NCBI GenBank assembly: GCA_973895155.1
Contig: OZ316898.1
Coordinates: 11,307,187 to 11,371,186 of the forward strand
From: Marsupella aquatica
Taxonomy: Eukaryota > Plantae > Marchantiophyta
Reading direction: 5' to 3'
Length of the DNA: 64,000 nucleotides
Positions 14,269 through 25,587 of the stretch are shown here, piece after piece (within the stretch, counting starts at the first letter, position 1; each line of letters begins with the position of its first letter). A program made the position numbers and the translations under genes. Under the pieces are notes generated by a model, which saw nothing but the letters and a program-made list of their open reading frames with translations, did no database searches and had not been told where the DNA came from.

Positions 14269-16889
14269 CCCCTCCGGCCCAAGTCCCCAATGCTACTGCC
14301 CACTCCCCCGGTCCACTCCAGCCCAAGTTTGTAGAACATAAACCCAGACTCTATCATTACGGTTGTTTTGCATGTGCGGGTCTTTGAAAAACTGGCCCTT
14401 TAAAGGATCACGTGGCAGCTTAGATTGACTGAGTTGCTGGTGCCGTTCCCCACTCCAAAGCCAGTCCTGACGGCTACAGATGAGGATTCTCCAGGGCAAG
14501 GGCTGGAAAGTTTCCTGCCCTTGCCTTCTCGACCTTTAAAAAACAGTAAAGACAAAATGGCAGGAATTACACTTGTCATTCAGATGTGTATCTATGTTTT
14601 TGCAGGGCGGCTGCTATGCTCCTGGTAGTGAATACTCACCTGCTCCTCCCTACTCACCCTGCAAATTGCTCTGACCTGGATACGACTTCCCTGAGTGCTC
14701 TCTCAATAGTAGGGCCCGATACTATTGAATGGAGTAGACCTTTATCACTTTGCAGCGCAGCACTTTCTGTCGAAAGCATTTCAGCCTGGTTCAGTAGGGC
14801 CCGATACTTTTATCAATTTGCAGCGCAGGTCTGTCGAAAGGATTTCAGCCTGGTTCAATTTGTGCTGACAAGGAGACTGATGTTGTAAACATTCAACGTT
14901 GAGCTCCCGTAAACATCTGAAGGTTTGTTCATAGCTTTGCAATCTGCGAATTGGTAATCTTTGACCACATTGGAGTGTTTGAACTTGGTGCAGCAATTAT
15001 CTTCATTTTTCCAGCTTGATTGCCCAATTAGCAGGCCATTCAGGTACGTTGACCTCAGCCAATCACTCACACATTATTTTAGTTTCAGTTCTGCTCAATG
15101 CCCAAGACTGGTAGCTTTCAATTGTCTAAGACTGGTAGCTTTCAATTATTTCTTGGTAGCTTTCAATTGGCTGCGAAGGGCCCTGGTCATATTCTGTCCA
15201 CAGAAGGTTACCAATGCACTGTAAGAGTGGAGGTTGGGTAGTCTTTGGAAATTTATTGCAATTGTCCTGTCAAAATATTTGGTAAGATGTGGGCATGTTC
15301 AGCCTTTTCCATAGACAAATGACTAAATTGTGGGAATCACTAAACTGTTGGATCATGAGGTTTTATTCTGATTGATTAGTGTTCTAATACTGAGCCTTCT
15401 TCCAAGTAACAAAATTGCATGTAGAATGTAGGATCCGCCTAATACTGACAAGCCTTCTTCCAAGTAACGAAACTGAACGTAGAATGCATTGTGTTCAGAT
15501 TTTGCAATAGTTCATTTTTGGCTTCATCCTAATAGCAAATTGACTGACCCGGATATATGTATACATGTAAAATGCAGGTTTGACACGAGCCTCTCAAACT
15601 GCTTAGAAGTTGGTGCTTCAGTGATTGGTAGTCTACAACCCTCTAGGCAGCCAGAACGAAGGTATAATTTTATACCAATTAATAGCTTGTACATACGGAC
15701 TCTCATATACACCCTTTAAGACAAAACTAGTGCACCATATATCCCCCACCTTGTCAAATTTTGATATTCTATGCAGGACGTAGTGTATGTGATGTCTAGT
15801 GTTCTGTTAGCTTACATAGTAGACCTGAAAAGGGTGATTATTGGTATGAATCCAATTCCTTTCAGGGGCAGGGACTACTCCATGGTGGCAGAGTTTATCT
15901 AAAGGATCGTGTAGACACATATTTTGGCCGGATAGAAAAGGCAAAGGAATACTTGACTTACACGGAGTCAATGTTTTGTGAACAACTTTGGCCTGCTTTG
16001 CAGACATAAATGTCTGCTGCCCAAAACCTGGGTATACAGGCCCAAGAACTTAAGCATGAGATTGCTAGGTTGAAAGTAGAAAACAAGCAGGTTCACGATG
16101 ACAACAAGACATTGGAAGGCTTGCATTCTGACGTTGTTCAGTTATTGCAAAAGAAAACACACAAAACAATCTTTACAGAGAAAGCAACTAAGACACAACC
16201 TATGAGAGGAGTTGGGGAACCTCTGGTCCCAGTTTCTCCCAACCTGTCCAAAATCATTAATTGCACAGAGAATAGATCCAGGACAGACCCACGCCAAGAA
16301 GTGCAAACTTCCATTTTATGTACTAGATTTTTTGGTCTCTAATCCACCCTACGTGTGTAATAGTATAGGACCATCAACAACTCAAGAGCAGGATACTCTT
16401 ATTGTGAGACCTAGGAAAAAAATTTGTTTGGATAGTGATTCTCTTGGCCTTGGACATTGAGTGGGTATTGAGTGCAGCACCATTACCTTGTGAAAGGAAC
16501 CTTAGAGGTAGATAGATCAATATAACTTCATTATACTTATTAGACATAGCTAGTACCGACATTGTCCTTAATTTATGTACTTTTGTGAATTACTATCAAA
16601 ATCATAACTTGGCTTGATCATTTTGTTCATAAATTTGAATGATAATAAACATATGGTTCTCATATGCAATCATGTTGTTTATTTCAAGGACTCTTGAACT
16701 TTGGAAATATCTTCTTTACTTTGACATGCTTTCTACATCTGTTATTTTTGAATTATTTTATTGACAATGTCATTTGCATTTTTGTGTGTCCCTTTTAGAT
16801 GACAAGCCAGAATCAGAGTGGCATTGCAAGCCAAAGTTAAGCTTCATGACAACGTGTGTCATTGCGTGACCTGGATCTAAACATTGTTG

Positions 16890-17750
16890 CAGATGATCCA
16901 TGGATCCCATTTTATTTCCCAAGTCCCAAAACAACTCATTCAACCAAAAGCAAGGGTGAATACTAAATGGGATCCATGGATCCCATTTGGTGGATCCCAT
17001 TTGGTATTCAACCTTCCAAATTTTCCCTTGTCGCACCCCCACGTCATGATATCAATGTTTGAATACCAATCAGGATCCATGGATCCCATTCTTCGATCCA
17101 ACTCAAGAAAAAGATCCATGGATCCCATTTGTTTCCCAAGTCCAACAAAAACTCAACAGAAACTCAGGTTTCACCTGCCAAAATTTGCCCTTGCCGCACC
17201 TCGCACCTTGATATTGAGGTTTGAATACCAACACGGATCCACAGATCACATCTGGTATTCACCTGCCAAAATTTGCCCTTGCCGCATCTCGCACCTCAAT
17301 ATTGAGGTTTGAATACCAACACCAATCCATGAATCCCATTTGTCGATCCAACCCCAAGATAATTTCAGATTCTTCCTTGCTCATCACAGCCCCAATCGCA
17401 TCCATTTTTTACTCTTTAGAAATATGTAAGGACCAATCAACGGACCTACCTGAAAATGGAGGCAAATACCAAGTAGGTCTATGGACCCCATCTCAAATTC
17501 AAAGTCCCGTATTGGCCCTTGGCCACAAGCCACTAATCCATTTTTGCATTTGAAAACCAAATTGGAATCCATTTGGTCTTTGTAAAGTTCTTGATTTGTA
17601 ACATAACATCTTCTTATACCAAATGTGATAAAATAACATGTTCTTATACCCCATTTGGTATTCATACAAGTTTTTATGAATTTTTCCTTCTAGACTTGTG
17701 AAATAACACATTTGAATACCAAATGGGATACCCCGTATCCCACTTGGTAT
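16890..17750. repeat. GGATCC/ATGGATCCCAT-rich palindromic and tandem repeat block inside the transposon
   Basis: Multiple gatccatggatcccat motifs, a perfect 24 bp palindrome at 16965-16988, and an ~88 bp unit (ttcacctgccaaaatttgcccttgccgca...tttgaataccaacac) repeated. Confidence 0.8.
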
Positions 17751-18134
17751 TCCTCTTAAAGTTTTCATTTTTTTTAATATAATTTAATTTTTTGCGAGAT
17801 TTTGCCTGGTCTCAGAATTTTTCTTTTTCTTTTTTTGTAGCGTGGCATGAAATGGCTGAAGCGTCTCAAGCTCATCTTTCTAACGGTATCAATTATAAGG
17901 AATTTAGACAAATAACGACAAAGATATGGCTTCCAAAGCATGATAGGGTACAAACTTAATTTTCTATAATTTTATAATTTCACCCCACAACTTAATATGA
18001 TCATATCTTAGTCAATCTTTCATCGTTTTGGACTCTTTATGGACCAATTTCTTGTGCTATGATGAAATCCATTACTTTTTTGCCTTAGTTTTTTTTCTTG
18101 GCGGACAAAACAAGAAGTGTTCGAATTTTTGAGT

Positions 18135-18600
18135 GACGGACTACTCCAAACACAATGACAAACCACAACAATTCGAAAACCCTTGCAACTGGAAAAATTC
18201 TTCTTTCACCCTTGCCATGGCTTCTCCTTGTGGCCAGCACAAATGTGTCCTCCTAGCTCGCACAATTAAAGCCCTAACAAATCGCCATATTACCTCTTAT
18301 ATGCATGGGACAAAAACCCCAAACATCTTTGAAAATGTCCACAATAAACAGCCACTGGAAAACCGGCGAAAAGCTATGGCAACTTGATGTTCAACAGACA
18401 ATGTCCTATTTGTCGAATTGCAAAGGCCAGGTGAGGGATGTGTTGTCATGTCTTCTTGAACCAAATCGCAAATATACATGAATGTTGCTGGTGACACCCC
18501 CCATGACACCCGAAACATATACTTGAAGCAAACAGGATCGTCCTCGATGACATGCTTGAAATACCAGCCACTCCACTCTCTTGACCTTGGCTCAATATAA
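18135..18600 (-). pseudogene. PIF/Harbinger transposase (HARBI1/ALP1-like) remnant
   Basis: Reads EPRSREWSGWYFKHVIEDDPVCFKYMFRVS...PATFMYICDLVQED...RTLSVEHQVAIAFRRFSSG...FGV, then RFVRALIVRARRTHLCWPQGEAMARVKEEFFQLQGFSNCCG. This is the typical N-terminal half of Harbinger transposases. It is truncated at the first catalytic Asp region and disrupted by stops. Confidence 0.85.
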
Positions 18601-21600
18601 TTCTGAGAAATCTGTTGATAGTCTTTGCTAAACGCATGCTGAATAGTTTGAAGAAATTGAACTAGGTTTGCAACAGTCTACCATTGTCACTTGGCACCCG
18701 CCTTTGTGGTAAAGAATTGTTGGCAACACGAGTGTACAATTGTAGTGGCATCAAGATCAATTGCTGAAAAGCTAGAATTGTGGAGAATATTAACTTCCAT
18801 TCCTCATTTGAAAGCACCATTGCTTCGTAATAGTGTGAACTGAAAAGGCCTGCACAAGGAAGTAAAGGAATTAAACATGTCAATAGTGAACCCCAAGTTG
18901 AGGGTGATAAGTGAAAGTAACAACAAATTGTAGGCACACATAATGAAGTACTTGCACAAAATTATGAGTTAGTCCGACTTGTTTTGTTAGCATGAATGTG
19001 ACTCTTTCAAAGTAAGGAAGCCAACTTCGGTTTGCGAGGCCCCATGAACTACTTACTTTGACCTGTATTATTTTTGGGTTTCTTATGGCGTAATGAAGCA
19101 AAACATTTTGATAGCACTAGTCCTTGAGTTTTACCACAACTATATCATGAGTCCAAACTGAGCAGTTGGTTTCGGCAGGAGACACGCGCCTGGCTTGTCA
19201 TGTCCAACACCACCCCTTCCCATTTTTCCTATGGAAGGAACCAAGTCAACCGCTATAGTCACGCAGGGCCATACATGCTTTCTCATCGCGACTCCCCGTT
19301 ACCATTCCACGCATATCGAAAAGTGGGATCCTAGAGTCTCTAGGGGCCTTTCTCCTTGCCGAAATGATACTACACCTATTGTTTCAAAGAAATTTTCTGT
19401 GCAAACAAGAAGTCTGTGCTAACAAGGATCTGACAGGAGTTTTGAGTACATGATCCGATAAACTGAGTGACCGTTGCTATAGCATTTGGAGGACCGTGCA
19501 AGTTACTTCTCGATCTCCTGCTCTTGAATGGAGATCGAGAAGTAATTTTCTCTTGTGAACTGGCGATTACTTTTCCAACTACAATGAGTGATGATTACAA
19601 ATAATTGAACATTGTTGTTGCTTCAGAATTATAAGAACCATCCCAATCAATCATGAAACGTATGCTGCATAATGAATAAACTTTTCACAATTTCGAGCAG
19701 TGGCCCCGACATTATAAGGAGAGGCAAGCCGTCTTCAGCAAGGAACGACCAGCTCAAGAAGTGGTAAGGGTGCAGGAATGAGCCGCATCTTGGAGCAAGC
19801 GGAAACTGGCAAGGGCTCAGGAAAATGAGAGCAGTAGACATGAAAAACGACCAGACCTTGTGTAACTGAAGAGGAAGTCACTCAGGAGCTTCTGTGCAGG
19901 CGCATCGATGACCAATGTCGTATATAATCGGGGATGTTCAGAGAAGTCGTCAAGAAAGGGAGAAATGAAGTGAGGTGGAATGCAGGCTATTCTGTGCATT
20001 ATGTTCGGCTAACTTGTCTTCTAGCAGACAACACTTTGCAGGGTCACATCTTGCGCAGCGCCTGTTTGCAGGTTCACAAGTTTGCGGTGCCTCAAATCCC
20101 TGCATACTTCACTGTATAGAGGGAAGCACATAACGACATAGCAGAGACACGAGCTCTTTTCATGCACGAACACGTGTAAGTGGGTAAGATTCTCTTGTTG
20201 CAGCACATCCAACTTTTCCTGAATGTTACGCATTTTGAAGGGCCGCATTCTTCAGGGTCGTTGCACATGCAAAATGACCCTAGTCATGATTGACTCTTAT
20301 CCAAAGTACTTGGCTTTGCCTTAACACTTAGGGCCAACTCGCATGTCTAGAGTCCTTCACAATGCGACCCTTAGACTGCAACATGTCGTGATAAGAATTG
20401 ATAATTGTGCAATCCCGTAAGCCCCTCCTTCGGCAGGCCTGACTGCAGGTCTGGTGGGGACCCAAGGGCAAGGTCCGGAAACTTTCCGGCCGTTGCAGGT
20501 CCTGACCTCTACTTTGCTAATAAAACAATCCTCAAGCTTCTATACATAGCACTTCCTGGACTGTCGCTGACAGAATGATAACCATGACCTTGTACTGGTT
20601 TCTCTGATTGGTATAGCAGATCACACTTTTCCCTGAAGTGGCGCATGAGGTAAGGGCCGCATTGTGAAGGAGTGTCTACATGCGAGTTGGCCCTTAGACT
20701 CTATTACTAAAGAGGCATGAATCTCTTTGAAAGAAGAGTAGCCAAAACATAAACCACGGCTCCATAGAGAACAAACATTTGGCAAAACATTAACGAAGAC
20801 TCTATCAATCTTGACTCTTAACCAAAGTACTTGGCCCTGTAACACTTAGATTATTACAAAATAAACTTGACTCAGTTGGAAAAAAGTGTTGTCAAAACAT
20901 AAACCAAAACTCCACGAGGAAGAAGTTGATGACACAAAATAGATCGGGCTGGAGCAGATGACAACAAATGAAAGGTGTCAAAAAATAAACCTGAAGTCGA
21001 TGACACAAAGTTGATCAGGCCAGAGCGAGTGACAAAATAAAAGAGTCTTAGTTTATGTTCCGGCAAACTCGGGCAGGAGCAGGCAACAACATTGGGGATT
21101 GGGATGGGCACGGTACGAAGCCCCAGGAAAATGGGGGAGCATTAACTTGTTACAGATTTAATACACGGTGTCACCAACTTGTTGTAGATTTAATTTGTTG
21201 TAGATTTAATGTGAGGTGTCACCTCTATGTCAACAACACGTGTGAATTTGCATTCGGAAATGGTTGGAGGCTTCTTTCTTGTCATTGAAGGCAGTATCGA
21301 CAAATTTCATCATCGACGACCGAGCTTCCAACAGATGAACCAGGGGCCTTCATTCATCGATTGAGCGACATCTTCGTTCAGTTTCTTTGTTCAGTGCAAC
21401 GAAGTGACAGCCAAGAAGGCTAAAAAGACAGACGGGCAGAGGCAGAGAGCCATCGATAGGGGAGCGAGAGAGGTAATTTTTCCTGTAAACTTTGATTATG
21501 TAACAAGGAACGACCATGAATGCCAGTTTCAGACAAAACAGACAACACACGGTTCATCTTAGAGAAACAATTTTAAACATTAAGGCTCTAGATTTCTGGT

Positions 21601-22740
21601 GAACCTGGATTAATTCTGAACAATGCAGGGCAATTGAAGATTTTGGAAGATTGCTTCCAGTCAATTGTAGTTTCCGTTCGACTGTCGAGTTTGTGGAGCA
21701 TACAATTGATTTCTTCTCAGATTTCTTCTCAACGCTTTTATTCATATCAATTGACAATTAAACGTGTGCTTGCACAGTCGTTTTCTTAGAGTACTGATTA
21801 TTCCTTGGTAAGATTTATTTGTAAGAATTGCTTTCAAGCTTTTAACACTATTTCTGACAGAACTCAAACGAATTGCTTAGCAGTGAAGCAATTCCGAGAT
21901 CTCTCCTTCTTGAGGCAAAGTTTCCTTTCAAATCTTGGTGTCAACGAAAATCGATTGTGTATCTACGGAGAATCTGCTCACCGTTGCAACCTTTGGATTA
22001 ATACCACATCACTGTCAATGTTTCTCAATCACCGGATAACGACACGAGCAAAGTGAACAGTCCACGCAAGAATCATTTGCATTAATACTCGTGCAGGTTT
22101 CGTATCACATGAAAGCATGGTGCAGCAACAGCCAAGGACATTGGCTTCGCATGACTCCAGAAAGTGGTATAGTAGAAAATCGATGAAATATACAAGAAAG
22201 TTTTCTGGTATCTATGGAAAGAATCCAGTCCCCTTATATCAAAGTATGTGAAGCAAAGGTGAGCCTTTGGTTTGGTCTCTAAAGCAACAAGAAAAATGGC
22301 TTGTACATGGGGTTGAAATTATTCAAAGCTAATTAGCTAAGAGCTTCTTCCCTGTGGTCATTGAAGGACGAAAATCTTATCTACGCAAATACCCCAATTA
22401 TAAAGAAACGATCAATCCCATCAAAAAGAATAACTCCAATACCTTTCATCTTCACTGACCTGTACTGCAAAACCGCTCCCATTCTTCTGATTCTGTCTGA
22501 GTTGTCATCTTGGATGGAATAAACCAGAGCGGCCTTGAAACCGAGAACCGAGAGTATTCTCGACTGGCCAAACCTCTAGCCAGAACAAATTTTCCTCTAT
22601 AAGTTAACATAGGTGTTGAGGCTGCCAGCCAGATTAATTTTAGTGTTCCAAATGCTTCGCAGTTCCAGTGCTAGTAGATCATTAGATGTTCAGCCAGAAA
22701 CATTAACACCTCAGCTGCGTTGATAATCGGCAACTGAGTC

Positions 22741-24826
22741 TCAAGCAGAGGACAACCTGGCTTGCCTTTGCCGAGCATATTCGTTGTAGTCCTGCACAAG
22801 CCTGGTGTTTACCCGATCCTTCATATTTTCCAGCAGCTGAGACAGTAACTGTTACCCAAAACATTTCCTAGTTAAGCCTTGAGTACAATAATTCAAGATA
22901 CTAGGAGGAAATGAGATTCATCTTTGCACAGGAGCCCTGAACTCAATGATCAGGAACAAAATGCAGTATTGCAGCTCTTTCAATGCTCAACTAAATTGGA
23001 AGGAGGCTAGAAGGTTGTTAAATGGATTTTGTTCCTCTGAGAAACAGAGCCAAGGGAGAGCCCTTGTGGGAAAAAAAACGAAGACAAGTCCAGCTCACCT
23101 ACAGGAGAGCACTTACCGCCCTTCCAAAACTTTCGATGATAGGTGGAGGCATTAATCCAAGTGAGGGAGGAATCGCAAGGTCTACAGTGAGTTCCATTTG
23201 TCCCTTCAGCCTTGGTGGGGCACGTCCTCCGCTTTCAGGATACAATGAGCCAAAAATACCCAGGTCAAACTCTGACGGCTTGACCTGATAATCTAGCCCT
23301 CGGAGCTCCCATCGTTTCTGTCTAGCACCAAACTTTAATGAGTATATTCCAATCTAGCACCAGTTTTGATAGCAAACTTAGAATTCGTTGACAAAGTAGG
23401 ATAAACAGTCCTCGAGTGTAGAACCGATATCATTCAACACCTTGTAACAAGAATTACGTCGCTAGATGTCGCGATAATAATATAATACTTTAAACACAAA
23501 GTCAGGTGTTTCACAATTCAATGGGCAAAATAAATGGACCTACAGCCTCCAGGGTTAGGATCTTGGACACGGTTCTGGAGCTGCCAGCATTTGATTTTGG
23601 TGCATCCTTCAGAACGACGCGCATATCGATCACAGGTCTGACGGAGAGGAAGAAGAACTCCATGGGGAGCATGAATATGCGCCATTCTTCCTGAAAAGCA
23701 ATTGGCAAGGACTTCGGCTTGTCAGCCTCGGAATTCAACGAAGGAGATGACCTAACTAGCTGATTTTTTCCTTATGACAAGTAAGGATAAATTCTACTTC
23801 TCATTTAGTAACGTGCCCCAACCCTAACCCGAAGCGGAATTGAAAACACTATACCAGCCCCCAGGAAATTGAGCGATCTTAACATTAGATTCGTAGTGAG
23901 GGCTGACCAGCATACGTCATTAAGCTTTTGTCGACGTCGTGTGTCCGGAAACAGAGCATCAAAAATGCGATCCTCGTCCTCCATGTACTGCTCGAAGGAC
24001 ACCTGCACAACACAGCAACCAGTACCGGTAATCAGCTGTCAGAAACCACAAAGGCAGACTACTGATCCTCTGCGTCGGCCCATCCACTTGGATCCAAACG
24101 ATTGCCAAAAAGACTAGGCGACTCAATTCACATCTCAGGGGATATTACCGTTCACTATCCTCTATCATTGAAATCAGTAAACTGTTACGTTGATAGGACA
24201 CTCCAAATCATAGGAGCGACGTCCAAATCACGAGACGCAATTTTCCGTTCTCCAAAAATCTAGAATAATAGATGACACAAACTTCATGGACAGGACAATC
24301 TTCAGACCACATGTCCGAAACATCCAAACATGCCTTCATGGACATCTACGAGAGCTGCCTGAAGAGCATGCACGCCTCAGCTAGAGGAAAACCTTCATGG
24401 ACATCTATGAGAGCTGCTTGAAAGAGCATGCACGCCTCAGCTGGAGCAAAACCTGCTCAGCATTCGAGCATTTTTCCAACTGAATTTGGGCGAAACAAGC
24501 ACAATTCAGCCATAAACAGTTGAAGTCATGCACACTAGCTCTCGCTTCTTGCTGACTCTGTTGACATAGATTAAGCAACCACGAAGTAGCGGGAAAGGAT
24601 CTCCACTTGAATTCCCGAACGCACGCACCGTCTGAAACTCTCGAAGCACCAAGTCGGTGTACACATTGCTCTGGAATTTGACCCGCTGGCTGGCAGCAGC
24701 ACGGCAGACGACCGGCTTCCTCCCGCCCGCCCTTCGTGAGGGTCCCCCGGATGTTAAGAATTGGGGAGGAGCGGTGAGAAGTGGGGTGGAGCTCGTCGTG
24801 AGGAGGCTCAGGCTGTAGGAGGCCAT
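22741..24826 (-). CDS. DUF1997-like plastid-targeted protein. Exons 24826-24629, 24002-23916, 23690-23544, 23317-23117, 22848-22741
   Basis: Ser/Thr/Arg-rich transit-like N-terminus ending VVCRA. Then VSFEQYMEDEDRIFDALFPD..RRQKLND|EEWRIFMLPMEFFFLSVRPVIDMR|..RWELRGLD...LKGQMEL...LLENMKDRVNTRLVQDY. All introns are GT-AG, phase 0. Confidence 0.87.
24333..24453. repeat. Intronic tandem duplication, 2 x ~59 bp
   Basis: ccttcatggacatcta.gagagctgc...gagcatgcacgcctcagct occurs twice. Confidence 0.9.
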
Positions 24827-25260
24827 GGCCGCCGGGACTGTGAACTTTCCAGTATCCAAAACGATTTTGTCAACTGATCAATTGTTGTTGAGAGAAGCAG
24901 AGAACAAGCACTACCAGAGCAATCGCTTCCTCGTCCGCTGCAATTCCATCACCTTTTTGCCGATGAAAACAAGCAGAACAAGCGCTAACAGAGCAATCGC
25001 ATCGTCGTCCGCTGCAGCTCCATCACAGTCTTGCCGATGAGCAGCAATTCTGCGACAGGGTGCAAAGGAGCGGACGTGCAAAGCATCAGAATTCAATTCA
25101 GTCGAAATTACATGATCGAATGCGCACTGCCGCTCTCTGTTTCCATTCTGTTAAAGCTCCGAAACAGTCCGAATTTCGAACGCACAAGCTTCATCACTGG
25201 ATTCTCTATGATTCTCGCGACGATATGAGATTCTCGTGATGTCTGGCCTCCATGGGGACA

Positions 25261-25587
25261 TCAGGGCCAGGGTAATTAGTGAATTTTAGTTCTGGGCCAC
25301 GGTAATTGGTGAGCTTTGGTTCAGGGCCAGGGTAACTGGTGAGCTTTACTTCAGGGCCAGGGTAATTGCTGAGCTTTACTTAGGGCTAGGATAATTGCTG
25401 AGCTTTACTTCAGGGCCAGGGTATCTGGTGAGCTTTGGTTCAGGGCCAGGGTAATTGGTGAGCTTTGGTTCAGGGCCAGGGTAATTGGTGAGCTTTACTT
25501 AGGGCTAGGGAAATTGGGAGCTTTACTTCAGGGCCAGGGTAATTGGTGAGCTTTGGTTCAGGGCCAGGGTAATTGGTGAGCTTTACA
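25261..25587. repeat. Minisatellite, 11 x ~30 bp (tcagggccagggtaattggtgagcttt(ggt/act))
   Basis: Units counted directly. The array lies ~430 bp upstream of the DUF1997 start codon. Confidence 0.97.

Larger units (their letters stand above)
13885..21165. mobile_element. ~7.3 kb DNA transposon with long (>200 bp) diverged terminal inverted repeats, carrying a PIF/Harbinger transposase remnant
   Basis: The left end 13890-14090 (attaaatttacaacaagttaatgctcccc...gatcaactttgt..catcgacttcaggtttat) is the reverse complement of ~20950-21162. Exact termini and TSD are not resolved. Confidence 0.8.

Noticed and set aside
25261-25587. 30 bp repeats as CRISPR direct repeats
   Set aside because: Head-to-tail with no spacers; this is a minisatellite.
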